Of a stretch of DNA of 64,000 nucleotides, positions 19,231 through 28,941 are shown one piece after another; the stretch's first letter is position 1, and every line of letters starts with the position of its first letter. The position numbers were made by a program, and so were the translations under genes. A model generated the notes under the pieces. The model searched no databases and was not told the origin of the DNA. It worked only from the letters and a program-made list of their open reading frames with translations. Source of the DNA: Candidatus Omnitrophota bacterium (lineage in GTDB: Bacteria; Omnitrophota; Gorgyraeia; Zapsychrales; JAHFFX01); the NCBI GenBank assembly GCA_023247705.1, contig JAHFFY010000003.1, positions 14,067 through 78,066 of the forward strand, in the 5' to 3' direction.

Positions 19231-19807
19231 TGACCTGCTTGAATTTGCGCAAAGCGCGATAGCGGTGGCTCATCTTGGATTTGACGGCGGGTGAAAGCTC
19301 TCCGAATGTTTTGTTATAACGCGGGATTAAAAAAAGCGGGTCGTATCCAAAACCGTTTTTCCCTTTCGATTTTAACGCGATGACCCCCGAGCAACTGCCG
19401 CTGACGACGTCGACCAATCGTTTCCCGTCGCTCAAGGCCACATAACAACGGTAACGCGCCTGGCGTTTGGATAGCGGAACGCCTTTGAGCAAACGCAGGA
19501 GTTTGGCGTTATTTTTTCGATCGGTCGCCCCGGGACCGGAAAAGCGCGCGGAATAAATCCCCGGCTCGTTATGTAAGGCTTTGACTTCCAATCCCGAATC
19601 CTCGCCGATCGTCAATTTCTTGGTGTACAAGGCGATCGTGGCCGCTTTTTTAATTGCGTTGGCGCTGAAGGTCATTCCGTCTTCTTCGATGGCGGGTAAA
19701 TCGGGATAATCGTCTAAAGAAGTAATTTTTACTTTTAAATCTTTTAAAAGGTCCCTGATTTCTTCCAGCTTCTTTTTGTTGCGGGTGGCAACAAGCAGTT
19801 CTTTCAT
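19181..19807 (-). CDS. rdgB: XTP/dITP diphosphatase
   Basis: ATRNKKK, EDSGL, PGIYSAR, GFGYDPLF and SHR motifs. Confidence 0.95.
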   Translation of the reverse strand: MKELLVATRNKKKLEEIRDLLKDLKVKITSLDDYPDLPAIEEDGMTFSANAIKKAATIALYTKKLTIGEDSGLEVKALHNEPGIYSARFSGPGATDRKNNAKLLRLLKGVPLSKRQARYRCYVALSDGKRLVDVVSGSCSGVIALKSKGKNGFGYDPLFLIPRYNKTFGELSPAVKSKMSHRYRALRKFKQVIKKYFSNLPAKDFSSC

Positions 19808-19923
19808 AGTGCTATTCCTTTGAGCATTTCAGGCGACCGTCTGCAAAATTATTATATTAATGTTTCTCAACTACGAAGACTATAAAACAATACCCTCTAT
19901 TTCCTCTATTACAATTCTCGCAT

Positions 19924-20646
19924 CTAAAACCCCAACCCTTTTAAACATTCCTTCTGAATATCGAATAACTCTTTGATTCCTTTTTGGGCCAACACCAAAA
20001 GGGAATCCATCTGTGTTTTGGAAAACGGATGTCCTTCGGCAGTCCCCTGGACTTCGACGAATTGCCCCGATCGGATCATCACGACATTCATGTCCATGTC
20101 GGCTTTGGAATCTTCCTGATAATTCAAATCCAAAACCAGCTCTCCGCCCCAAATCCCGACACTCACCGCGGCGACATAATTGGTGATCGGGATTTCATTG
20201 ATCATCGTCTTTTGTTTCATCTTCAAAATCGCGTCGCCGAGCGCGATGAATCCGCCGGTAATGGACGCGGTGCGCGTTCCGCCATCGCCCTGGATCACGT
20301 CGCAATCGATCTTGATCGTCCGTTCGCCGAGTTTATTCATGTCGACCACGGCCCGTAGTGACCGGCCGATCAACCGCTGGATCTCCAACGTCCGGCCGGA
20401 ACTGGCCGCTTTGTCCCGGTTGATCCGGCTGTCGCAGGAACGGGGCAACATCCCGTATTCCGCCGTGACCCAGCCCGTTCCGGAATTTCGCAGAAACGGA
20501 GGAACACTTTCCTCGACGCTGGCGGTACACAAAACCCGGGTGTCGCCGAATTCGATTAAACACGAACCTTCCGCATATTTACTATAGTTTTGGGTCACCT
20601 TGATGCGCCGCAATTTATCCGGGGCGCGCCCATCCATTCGAATCAT
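19924..20646 (-). CDS. rph: Ribonuclease PH
   Basis: [30 protein letters not shown] and EVQGTAE motifs. Confidence 0.97.
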   Translation of the reverse strand: MIRMDGRAPDKLRRIKVTQNYSKYAEGSCLIEFGDTRVLCTASVEESVPPFLRNSGTGWVTAEYGMLPRSCDSRINRDKAASSGRTLEIQRLIGRSLRAVVDMNKLGERTIKIDCDVIQGDGGTRTASITGGFIALGDAILKMKQKTMINEIPITNYVAAVSVGIWGGELVLDLNYQEDSKADMDMNVVMIRSGQFVEVQGTAEGHPFSKTQMDSLLVLAQKGIKELFDIQKECLKGLGF

Positions 20647-21056
20647 AGGTTTCCTTTCTTTGATGACGGATGATATTGCGCAACGACCGTCGTTTGAATT
20701 CCTCCTCGGGAATTAACCACCGCCTCCACCTTGGCCCAGCGGGGAGCGCAGGCGTTCACGATATCATCCAAAATCTTGTTCACAAAATGTTCGTGGAAAA
20801 TGCCGATATTCCTGAAAAACACAATATAATATTTAAACGATTTCAGCTCCAGACAGGTTCTAGTCGGGCTGTAACTCACCTGAAGGGTGGCAAAATCCGG
20901 CAATCCGGTCTTGGGACAGATGCAGGTGAATTCCGGGATGTGCAGATGGATCGTATATTCCCGGTCGGCATATTGATTGCGCCAGACATCGATCTTCGGC
21001 GTCTTTAATGTTTTGATATTCTCCTGTAACCCTTCGTATGATTTTTTATTTTTCAT
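20643..21056 (-). CDS. queF: NADPH-dependent preQ0 reductase, short (type I) form
   Basis: [22 protein letters not shown] (QueF motif), FHE and RGGI. Confidence 0.93.
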   Translation of the reverse strand: MKNKKSYEGLQENIKTLKTPKIDVWRNQYADREYTIHLHIPEFTCICPKTGLPDFATLQVSYSPTRTCLELKSFKYYIVFFRNIGIFHEHFVNKILDDIVNACAPRWAKVEAVVNSRGGIQTTVVAQYHPSSKKGNL

Positions 21057-21110
21057 TTCATCGGTCTCATTTTTAAAATTGAAATTTAAACATGATCGGA
21101 CAGTTTCTTG

Positions 21111-21812
21111 TTACGGCAGGTTCATCAATTTATGGATCTGCGGCACGACGCGCACCTCTCGGAGATATTGAGAACAATATTGCTGAAACAAAAGACATTT
21201 CCCCAGAATCCCGTTGGAGGATTCGAAATGATTCGGCTGCAGATAAAAAATGATTTCAGGATCATACCGCGCGACCAGTTCGACGGCTTTTTGCAGATCA
21301 TCCCGGGTTGTTTGCCCCGAGATCACGGTCTTGATAAAAAGATCTTTTTTCCGGGCGCGTTTTAAGAATTCTTCGTGTTCACGCCAAAAATTCCTCGCTT
21401 CAGTCGAGCTGGGGAGTTTCATGTCCATGGCAATGATGTCTACCTGATCGATTATTTTATCCAGCTCCTTATAAAGCACTCCGCTCGTTTCCAGATAGAT
21501 TTTCAATCCGGACTTCTTAAATAACGGGATAAAATCTTTGATGAAATCGGCCTGCAGCAACGGTTCTCCGCCGGTCAGACTGACCGAATGCGACCCGGCA
21601 ATCAGCGGACGGATTGCCGCAACCAGTTCCTCCAAAGAATATTCTTTATAGTCTCTACGCCCGTCGCCGATTGTGTCCGGCGTATCGCACCAGACGCAAT
21701 GCATGTGGCATTCGAAGAAACGCACAAAAACCTGGCGAACGCCGATGTATTTTCCTTCACCCTGGAGGGATGGAAATAGTTCGAAAATTTTTGCTTTCAT
21801 TGTTGTGACCAT
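21111..21812 (-). CDS. queE: 7-carboxy-7-deazaguanine synthase (radical SAM)
   Basis: SLQGEG, FVRF, CxxxCxxC (CHMHCVWC), TGGEPLLQ and PQIHK motifs. Confidence 0.93.
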   Translation of the reverse strand: MVTTMKAKIFELFPSLQGEGKYIGVRQVFVRFFECHMHCVWCDTPDTIGDGRRDYKEYSLEELVAAIRPLIAGSHSVSLTGGEPLLQADFIKDFIPLFKKSGLKIYLETSGVLYKELDKIIDQVDIIAMDMKLPSSTEARNFWREHEEFLKRARKKDLFIKTVISGQTTRDDLQKAVELVARYDPEIIFYLQPNHFESSNGILGKCLLFQQYCSQYLREVRVVPQIHKLMNLP

Positions 21813-21825
21813 AAAAATTAATATG

Positions 21826-21915
21826 GGGTTAACGAGTTAGCGGGTTCAACCGGTTATCGAGTTCACTTCATTCATGAAATTACAAATCAAAAAAATAACC
21901 CGTAAAACCCGCAAC
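21826..21915. repeat. Intergenic hairpin with arms made of 7-9-nt GGTT/AGTT tandem units (copy 1)
   Basis: gggttaac-gagttagc-gggttcaac-cggttatc-gagttc ... taacccgtaaaacccgcaac. The last 20 bp are the exact reverse complement of 28851-28870. Confidence 0.7.
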
Positions 21916-21917
21916 TT

Positions 21918-22583
21918 TCATATCAAAGGATCCCTTTCACCAACCCCCTCAAACCCTTTTTCTCTTAACCGGCAACTGTCGCAGCCGCCGCAAGGTTTTT
22001 TTCCGCCGCTGTAACAGGACCAGGTCAAATGATACGGAACACGGAGTTTGATTCCCAGATGGATAATCTGTGCTTTGGTTAAATGAATCAATGGCGTTTC
22101 AATCTTGATCCTTTGGCCTTCGACACCGCTTTTCAATCCTGTGACTAAAACCGTTTCAAACGCCTTAAAAAATTCCGGCCGGCAATCCGGATAACCGGAA
22201 TAATCGATCGCGTTGGCTCCGATAAAAATCTTGTGCGCCCCGAGTGTTTCCGCATAAGAAACCGCAAAGCTCAAAAAAATAATATTTCTCGCAGGAACAT
22301 ACGTGGGAGGAATCTCCTTTAAATTAATTTTGCGGTGACGCGGCAACGCGATCCTCCGGTCCAACAAAGCCGATCCTTTCCAGGGCAGCGCGATAGGCAC
22401 CAGCTGGGCAGCGCAACGGGCATGTCGGGCGATTTTCCTGGCCTGATGGATTTCTTTGCGATGACGCTGGCCATAATCAAAAATAAGACAAAAAATCTTG
22501 TACCCTTGTTTTAACGCGTAAAAAAGGGTCGTGGCGGAATCCAACCCTCCCGATAACAAAACAACCGCTTTTTTCAAATCCAA
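21918..22583 (-). CDS. queC: 7-cyano-7-deazaguanine synthase
   Basis: SGGLDS, YGQRH, YVPARN, YPDCR and C-terminal SCY...CGGCDSC motifs. Confidence 0.96.
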   Translation of the reverse strand: MDLKKAVVLLSGGLDSATTLFYALKQGYKIFCLIFDYGQRHRKEIHQARKIARHARCAAQLVPIALPWKGSALLDRRIALPRHRKINLKEIPPTYVPARNIIFLSFAVSYAETLGAHKIFIGANAIDYSGYPDCRPEFFKAFETVLVTGLKSGVEGQRIKIETPLIHLTKAQIIHLGIKLRVPYHLTWSCYSGGKKPCGGCDSCRLREKGFEGVGERDPLI

Positions 22584-22625
22584 TCTCTCCTATCCTAAAG
22601 GACAGTAAAATTTGTTCTAAAAAAA

Positions 22626-23009
22626 TCATGACTGATCATAGGTGATGCTGGCGGTATCCGATTCCCATACCCGCACCTGTTTGAGCTTATGCGGTTTACA
22701 TTCTTTGGCAAATTCTTCAAAGATATATTTGGCCAAGTTCTCCGTCGTGGGATTTGTTTTATTAAAGGCAGGTAAATCATTAAGATGGACATGATCTAAC
22801 TGGCATAAAAAATCCTTTAATTTCTTTTTAACAATTTTAAAATCGAGGACCATGCCAATGGTATCCAGCCGGTCGCCCTGAATGACGATCTCGACTTGCC
22901 AGGTATGGCCGTGGAGATTTTTGCAATTGCCATCGTACCCATGCAGCAAATGTGCCGCGGCAAAATGGTCACGGATCGATAACTCAAACATGATCGCACC
23001 TTTCGACAT
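22626..23009 (-). CDS. queD: 6-carboxytetrahydropterin synthase; start probably ATG 22991
   Basis: FAAAH, CKNLHGHTW, LDH..LN and PTTENLA motifs. Confidence 0.94.
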   Translation of the reverse strand: MSKGAIMFELSIRDHFAAAHLLHGYDGNCKNLHGHTWQVEIVIQGDRLDTIGMVLDFKIVKKKLKDFLCQLDHVHLNDLPAFNKTNPTTENLAKYIFEEFAKECKPHKLKQVRVWESDTASITYDQS

Positions 23010-23805
23010 GCTTAATCGCCGTCCCTAAAAACTTTTGGGCCAAGAGATGAAAATGCTTCGGCTCATCGCTGACCAAAAAAGTATGTTTCGGCTTTTTGTT
23101 CGTTAAGCGATTTTTCTTGGTATATTCTAAAAGCTGTTTCACGTCCCGCGCGATTTCCTTGGCGGAATCAATCAACAGAACATCTTTTCCAACGACCTTT
23201 TTTAAGGCCGCTTTAAGCAGCGGATAATGCGTGCAGCCTAAAATCAATGTGTCGATCTTAAATTGCTTCATATTCTTCAAATATTCTTCGGCAATCGTCA
23301 GCGTCACCTGACGGTCCGTCCACCCCTCCTCGACCAACGGAACAAACAAAGGACAGGCCTGCGCGGTTACCTTGATCGTCGGATCCAAACGGTGAATCTC
23401 TTTGGCGTATTCCCGGCTGTTGACGGTTGCTGAGGTGGCGATGATCCCGATGCGTTTATTGCGCGTGATCTCGACGGCTTTTTTCGCGCCGGGCTTGATC
23501 ACACCGATAATCGGCAAGGAAAAAGACTCCCGCAAAATCGGCAAGGCAAAGCTGGATGATGTATTACAGGCGACGACGACCATCTTCACTTTATGCCGCA
23601 GAAGGATCGCAACGTTTTCCTTTGAAAATTTGACAATGGCTTCTTTCGATTTGGTTCCGTAGGGCACACGGGCCGTGTCGCCGAAATAAACGACATCCTC
23701 AAAGGGAAGCTCGCGCATCAACTCCCGGACAACCGTCAAGCCGCCCAACCCTGAATCAAACACTCCAATCGGATGCTCCCGGTTCTGATCAATTTTTATT
23801 GGCAT
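22984..23805 (-). CDS. murI: Glutamate racemase
   Basis: FDSGLGGL, PYG, VACNT and LGCTHYP motifs. Confidence 0.96.
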   Translation of the reverse strand: MPIKIDQNREHPIGVFDSGLGGLTVVRELMRELPFEDVVYFGDTARVPYGTKSKEAIVKFSKENVAILLRHKVKMVVVACNTSSSFALPILRESFSLPIIGVIKPGAKKAVEITRNKRIGIIATSATVNSREYAKEIHRLDPTIKVTAQACPLFVPLVEEGWTDRQVTLTIAEEYLKNMKQFKIDTLILGCTHYPLLKAALKKVVGKDVLLIDSAKEIARDVKQLLEYTKKNRLTNKKPKHTFLVSDEPKHFHLLAQKFLGTAIKHVERCDHV

Positions 23806-24856
23806 AATCTAAAATGCTTTCGGCTAACCCGTTGGCAATCTTTTGCCGATAAAATCTTGTCTTGAGGGCTTTCTCTTCGGTCGAGTTAGACAAAAACCCG
23901 ACTTCGACCAGGATGGCCGGAATCAGGGTGTTTCTCAAAACAAAAAACGCGGAACTTTTGCTCCCGCGATTAGGGGCGTTAATTGAATTGGCAGTCCGCT
24001 GCGTCACGAAATTGGCTAGCTTCTCGGATTCCCCCTGCTTATGCGTATAAACCATATCCGCCAAAATATTATCGAGGACTGTAGAATTTTTCTGCATGCT
24101 GAATTGACTAAACAGCGCTTTTTGATTCTCTTTCATCTGATCTTCCTTTTTCTCATGCGAATCTAGATTGCGCAGATAAAACACCTCCAAGCCTCGTGCT
24201 GCTTTCGCGGGGCTCGAATTCGCGTGAATGCTCACGAACAAATCGCCCTTTGACCGGCTGGCAATCTCCGTGCGTTTTTCCAGCGAGACAAATTCATCTT
24301 TGGTTCTGGTCATAATGGTTTTAATCCCGTGTTTTTCCAGGCTTCCTCTCAGGCGTTTCGCGATGTCCAGAACAATCATTTTCTCCTCGGAACCAAATCG
24401 TCCGCGCGTGCCCGGGTCTTTTCCCCCGTGTCCGGGGTCAATCACGATCTCTCTGAATTTCCGGACCGTGACACGGCTGTCTTGACGGATCAAAGGCTCG
24501 ATGACTTTATTTTTAAAATCGGGCGGGATGATAATCGAGTCCCGGGATTTTTTTAAAGGACCGCTCAAAGCAATCTTGTCATTGTTGACAAAAACAATCT
24601 CGCTGCCGATCAACCCTCTGGCCTTGGAACTTCCCCTAGTCATCACGACACTCAGATTGACCCGGTCTAGATCCAGGTCAACATTGAAGCGCTTGCACAT
24701 CTCAACGAGATCATTATCCGATGTCATCACCGGCTGGACACGCGCGCATCCGGTTAAAAGCAACGCGGATATCAACGAAAACCGCAACAATTCCTTGAGC
24801 CTGCGGGCCCACGTCCGGATCACAAATAAATTTTCTTTAAAAATGATCATCTGCAA
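23789..24856 (-). CDS. N-acetylmuramoyl-L-alanine amidase (Amidase_3), lipoprotein-like N-terminus
   Basis: IDPGHGGKDPG, EK, SIHAN and LVEVGF motifs; LLTGC lipobox. Confidence 0.92.
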   Translation of the reverse strand: MQMIIFKENLFVIRTWARRLKELLRFSLISALLLTGCARVQPVMTSDNDLVEMCKRFNVDLDLDRVNLSVVMTRGSSKARGLIGSEIVFVNNDKIALSGPLKKSRDSIIIPPDFKNKVIEPLIRQDSRVTVRKFREIVIDPGHGGKDPGTRGRFGSEEKMIVLDIAKRLRGSLEKHGIKTIMTRTKDEFVSLEKRTEIASRSKGDLFVSIHANSSPAKAARGLEVFYLRNLDSHEKKEDQMKENQKALFSQFSMQKNSTVLDNILADMVYTHKQGESEKLANFVTQRTANSINAPNRGSKSSAFFVLRNTLIPAILVEVGFLSNSTEEKALKTRFYRQKIANGLAESILDYANKN

Positions 24857-25856
24857 TCTTGGGCGTTAAGAAAACAACCAATTCGGTTCTTCGGGTCAGT
24901 TGATTTTCGTTGCGAAAGGCGGATCCGATGAGCGGGATATCCCCGAGGAGCGGCACCTTCTTGAAGGAATCGACCTTTTCATCTTTGATGAATCCACCGA
25001 TCACGATGGTTCCGCCATCTTTAATCATGACCAGGGTCCCCAGGTCATCGCTCTCTCTTTTCGCATCAGGACCTTTCTGTTGGGTCGCAGGATCGATCAT
25101 CGACTCAAAATCAGGTTTGATCCTCATGGAAATAAAATTATCCTGTTCGATCATCGCTTTCAGAAACAAATTCAAACTTAAGTCCAGAAAATTTTCCGGA
25201 TCAACAGTAGCGTTGGTATTCTCCGCTTGGGCGGAATAGCGGTCATCCGTATTTGATGCGGGGAAGAAAACGACTTTCGCCTCACGATTATTGGACATCT
25301 TGACGTTTAAGGTGGCCAGGATATGCGTTGTTCCAACGGTATCCAGGGCTTCCAGCAAAACGGAATAATCTTCCGGCGAAATGGTCCCGATGCTTAACTT
25401 GTCCTGCCCGTTATCCGTCGGATTATTCCGGCCGGTATTTAACGCGTGATAGTTTGAAACAATCGCTGACCAATCAATCCCGCCTTTATATTCTTCGCTT
25501 AACACAACCTGAATGATTTTAGATTCAATCAGGACATCTTTGCTTCGCCGGGCAATGGATTCTTTGATCTTTTGAAAGGCATCGTCCTTTTTCGCGGAAT
25601 CTAAAGATAAGATATCAAGAATCGGGGGGATCTTAAACTGGCCGACACTACCAATAAATGTCTCGCTGATCCGATGAGCGATCTTCAGCTTCTGCACGGG
25701 GCTCATGGCTTCGACAGGATCCGCTTTCGATAACGCAAACCCTTGATTAAAAAGGTCCGTCTCTCCCTTGTTCTCTCCCAGATCGCCCCAAAGATACCGA
25801 TGACCAGCACCCAATATAAAACATGCTAAAAAGAAAATTTTTATTCCTTTAGCCAT
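24837..25856 (-). CDS. Short secretin-domain protein (GspD/PilQ family)
   Basis: VLIESKIIQV, GIDW, TIVIGG, KVPLLGDIPLIG.AFR and ELVVFLTPKI motifs. Confidence 0.85.
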   Translation of the reverse strand: MAKGIKIFFLACFILGAGHRYLWGDLGENKGETDLFNQGFALSKADPVEAMSPVQKLKIAHRISETFIGSVGQFKIPPILDILSLDSAKKDDAFQKIKESIARRSKDVLIESKIIQVVLSEEYKGGIDWSAIVSNYHALNTGRNNPTDNGQDKLSIGTISPEDYSVLLEALDTVGTTHILATLNVKMSNNREAKVVFFPASNTDDRYSAQAENTNATVDPENFLDLSLNLFLKAMIEQDNFISMRIKPDFESMIDPATQQKGPDAKRESDDLGTLVMIKDGGTIVIGGFIKDEKVDSFKKVPLLGDIPLIGSAFRNENQLTRRTELVVFLTPKIADDHF

Positions 25857-25941
25857 CTTTACTTTCTAAATCTTATTGGATCGATCAAAAAACTTCCAAT
25901 TCATGAGATATATATTCAAAATTAATAATAATTTAGGGTTT

Positions 25942-25970
25942 ATTCTTGCGTTTTTTCTTTGGGATGTCAA
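25942..25970 (-). promoter_or_regulatory. Putative promoter of the secretin-amidase-murI-que-rph-rdgB operon
   Basis: TTGACA-N17-AAGAAT on the minus strand (weak -10). Confidence 0.35.
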
Positions 25971-26023
25971 GCCAATTTTCTAGCGTGTGACAGGATCTCT
26001 GGACGAAAAAACGCATCTCACCA

Positions 26024-27022
26024 TCAGCAGATCAATCGATCCAGTCCTTTTCTTACCCGTCCATCACCGCGCTTCATCATTTTGGCGATAAAGAAACCTT
26101 CCAACTTTTGTGATGGACAGATCCGAAAACAATTTTTGATATCCTGATGAAATTTTTTTTCTCCCCATTGCATAACCGCTGGATAAGATCCGATTTCTTG
26201 ATTCTGGATGGGAAGCAGTTCCAGATGATCCGGACATTTCTTTAAGACCCTATGGACGACCGCTTCATTTTCTTCCGGGGCAAAGGTACAGGTCGAATAA
26301 ACTAAAATCCCCTTGGGTTTAAGTAAACGCGTCGCGGCGAGAAGCAGACCTTTCTGTTTGTGCGCCATCTCTTTGATTTTTCTGGGACTCCAATAAGCGT
26401 AGGTCTTGGGTGTTGCGGTTTCAAAGCGGCCTTCGCAGCTGCAGGGCGCGTCGACTAAAATCTTGTCGAACAGGCGATCGGCGGGCCGAAATCGTCTCCC
26501 ATCGCCCATCTTCAAGGAGACGATTTCGGCCCCCGTCTGCGTGAGCACGGCTTTTAAACGAAAAAAACGGTCGCGAATCGGCTCGACCGCGATAATCGAT
26601 CCGCGGTTTTGCATCTTCGCTGCCATCTGGGTCGTCTTGCTCCCCGGGGCGGCGCATAGATCCAGAACGACATCATCAGGCTTAGGGTCCAGAACCTCAA
26701 CGACGAATTGACTCGAAAGACTCTGAATATACAAAAAAGCGTTTTGCACCAAATCCATCTCACCCAATTCCTGCTTGGTGATATTTCCCAAAATCAACGC
26801 TTCCGGCAAACTAAAAGCGGAAGAATAGCGGATCTTGCGTTCGGAGAGCATGGATAAAAGTTCATCGCGGCCGATCTTTAAGGTATTGATACGCACACTC
26901 AATGGACGCTGCGCAGAAAAATGCTGAACGATCGGATCGAATTTTTCCACAGGGACGGTCATTTTAAGCCGTTCTAAAAATTGAGGAGGAAGTAATTGGG
27001 ACATGGATTTTTGGGGAGTCAT
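26024..27022 (-). CDS. RsmB/RsmF (NOL1/NOP2) family rRNA m5C methyltransferase
   Basis: DLCAAPGSKT, DAPCS, YSTCT..PEENE and GFFIA motifs. Confidence 0.92.
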   Translation of the reverse strand: MTPQKSMSQLLPPQFLERLKMTVPVEKFDPIVQHFSAQRPLSVRINTLKIGRDELLSMLSERKIRYSSAFSLPEALILGNITKQELGEMDLVQNAFLYIQSLSSQFVVEVLDPKPDDVVLDLCAAPGSKTTQMAAKMQNRGSIIAVEPIRDRFFRLKAVLTQTGAEIVSLKMGDGRRFRPADRLFDKILVDAPCSCEGRFETATPKTYAYWSPRKIKEMAHKQKGLLLAATRLLKPKGILVYSTCTFAPEENEAVVHRVLKKCPDHLELLPIQNQEIGSYPAVMQWGEKKFHQDIKNCFRICPSQKLEGFFIAKMMKRGDGRVRKGLDRLIC

Positions 27023-27146
27023 CCTGTTTTTACAAAACTAATTAAAAAAAATCGATCACGATCACTGTTTATTACGATATAATAAACCAAAATTTTTACA
27101 GCTTCGACACATGTCCGTGATTATTTTATACCGCTTCCACTAAAAT

Positions 27147-28424
27147 ATGCTGAGCATTCTTATCCTGAGCCTGTTGTTCGTTTTGTCACTCTTCACATTT
27201 AAAAACCGCAAATATAAACTCGCCGGACTTTTCCCCATTCTCCTCTTAAACTGGCTGGTCATTGAATTAGTGATCTACGGCTATTTTTTATATCTTGTCT
27301 TTCAAGGACAATGTTTTCTTTTAATCGGCAATCAAAAAATTCTGGACATATTGATTAAGACCCGTTTGACCCATGCGATCTATTTCGCCCAAGGGAAAAA
27401 AAATTTTATCTATCAAGTCAACTCTGATCTCGGATATGGTCTCGGCAAGAACAAAGACACGGGTTTATACCGCACCAATCAAATGGGATTTCGCGCCGAT
27501 CAAGAATACGCACTCCTGCCCGGTAAAAACACGCTGCGCCTCGCTGCGTTCGGAGATTCTTTTGTTTTTTGTGATGATGAGAAAAACACCGACACCTGGC
27601 CCCATTTCTTGGAACAATCGGCCGGGCATCTCGAGGCGCTCAACTTCGGCGTCTCCGGATACGGGCTTGGACAAAGCTATCTCAGATATCTGAACGAAGG
27701 CTTAAAATTCAATCCCGATATCATTTTCTTCACCTATATCGAACTCACCAACCGGGACCGAATTAATCCGCTGGATTTTATAGGCATCAACAATTTGAGG
27801 ATGGCCAATTTCTACCGCGCGCATTTTTGGATCGAAAATGATGTTCTTTTATCCGAGAACACCACCCCGTTTCACCTGTTCGATCCCTCATTCCGAAAAC
27901 AATATCTCTATGATCCTTTAAAACTGCATTTCGAATCATCATTCCTGGCAAATCCGTTTTTTTCCATCTCGAATCTCGGTCTTCTCATCAAAACAATCCT
28001 CATTCAAAAAATCGTGAAGGACAAAAAAATCCAGCCGGAAAATTATACCGATGAAACACTCAACTTAAAAATATTGGAAAATTTGATCCGTCTCGCTGAG
28101 AAAAATCAATCTTCACTCATCTTTTGGAATGAACAGTCGTTTTCAAAACTTCCTCAATCAATCCAAAATTTAGTCAAACAGCATGAAGAGAATGTTGTTT
28201 ATGTCAACCAGCGGGACGCTTTTTACGACTTATACCTCAACCTCAGCCCCGATGAGAATCTCCGCAATAAATCGCAACATTTCAACGCCCGGGGCAATCA
28301 ACTCTACGCGCAAGCGGTCTTGGACATTTTAAAATCGCGCAGCTGGGGCAAAGGCGCACGCCGATTTAAATTTGATCCGGTGACCGCCTCTTTCGTCCCC
28401 GAGGCGTCCTCTCGTCAAAAATAA
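27147..28424 (+). CDS. Membrane-anchored SGNH/GDSL hydrolase-like protein
   Basis: N-terminal TMs; FGDSF, NFGVSGYG and HFNARGN blocks. Confidence 0.75.
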   Translation: MLSILILSLLFVLSLFTFKNRKYKLAGLFPILLLNWLVIELVIYGYFLYLVFQGQCFLLIGNQKILDILIKTRLTHAIYFAQGKKNFIYQVNSDLGYGLGKNKDTGLYRTNQMGFRADQEYALLPGKNTLRLAAFGDSFVFCDDEKNTDTWPHFLEQSAGHLEALNFGVSGYGLGQSYLRYLNEGLKFNPDIIFFTYIELTNRDRINPLDFIGINNLRMANFYRAHFWIENDVLLSENTTPFHLFDPSFRKQYLYDPLKLHFESSFLANPFFSISNLGLLIKTILIQKIVKDKKIQPENYTDETLNLKILENLIRLAEKNQSSLIFWNEQSFSKLPQSIQNLVKQHEENVVYVNQRDAFYDLYLNLSPDENLRNKSQHFNARGNQLYAQAVLDILKSRSWGKGARRFKFDPVTASFVPEASSRQK

Positions 28425-28820
28425 TTATTTTTTTAAATGCGACCGGATTTTTTCCGCAACCTTGGCTAATTCATCTTGCGGGGTCGCCTTGGCTTTCGCA
28501 AAATTCAGATCGCTGATTTCCATGATCGGGATCAAATGGATATGGGCGTGAGGGACTTCAATCCCGGCGACCATGACGCCGATTTTCTTGCAGGAAATTT
28601 CCTTTTTAATCAACCCCGCGACCTTCTTTGCAAAAACGATCATGCCGGACAACAGTTCGTCGTCAACATCAAAAATATAATCGATCTCTTTTTTGGGAAT
28701 CACGAGCGTGTGTCCGGGGTTAATCGGACGGATATCCAAAAACGCCAGATAACGATCGTCCTCCATAATTTTATGACAAGGAATTTCTCCTTTGATGATG
28801 CGCGTGAATAAACTGGGCAT
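28425..28820 (-). CDS. HIT family hydrolase
   Basis: FLDIRP..PGHTLVIPK and VPHAHIHLIP histidine triad. Confidence 0.93.
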   Translation of the reverse strand: MPSLFTRIIKGEIPCHKIMEDDRYLAFLDIRPINPGHTLVIPKKEIDYIFDVDDELLSGMIVFAKKVAGLIKKEISCKKIGVMVAGIEVPHAHIHLIPIMEISDLNFAKAKATPQDELAKVAEKIRSHLKK

Positions 28821-28841
28821 GGTAGTCCTTTCTTCATGAAT

Positions 28842-28933
28842 CGTTATCGGGTTGCGGGTTTTACGGGTTACTAAGTTCTATAATTTGTCAATGTCCAACT
28901 CGCTAACCCGAGAACTCGTTGAACTCGCCAACT
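28842..28933. repeat. Intergenic hairpin with arms made of 7-9-nt GGTT/AGTT tandem units (copy 2, inverted)
   Basis: cgttatc-gggttgc-gggttttac-gggttact ... aactcgct-aacccgag-aactcgttg-aactcgcc-aact. Confidence 0.7.
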
Positions 28934-28941
28934 AATCAAAA

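Noticed and set aside
19860-19920. Weak 9-nt periodicity (ccctctatt-tcctctatt) between rph and rdgB
   Set aside because: Only two clear units; too short to distinguish from chance.
21826-21915. Integron attC site (contains GTTAAC/GTTAGC-like cores)
   Set aside because: It lies between core que genes, lacks the RYYYAAC...GTTRRRY order, and no integron integrase is present.
20643-23009. Dpd-type 7-deazaguanine DNA modification system or preQ1 riboswitch
   Set aside because: No dpdA/tgt-like gene nearby, QueF points to preQ1/queuosine, and no preQ1 aptamer is visible in the short intergenic gaps.
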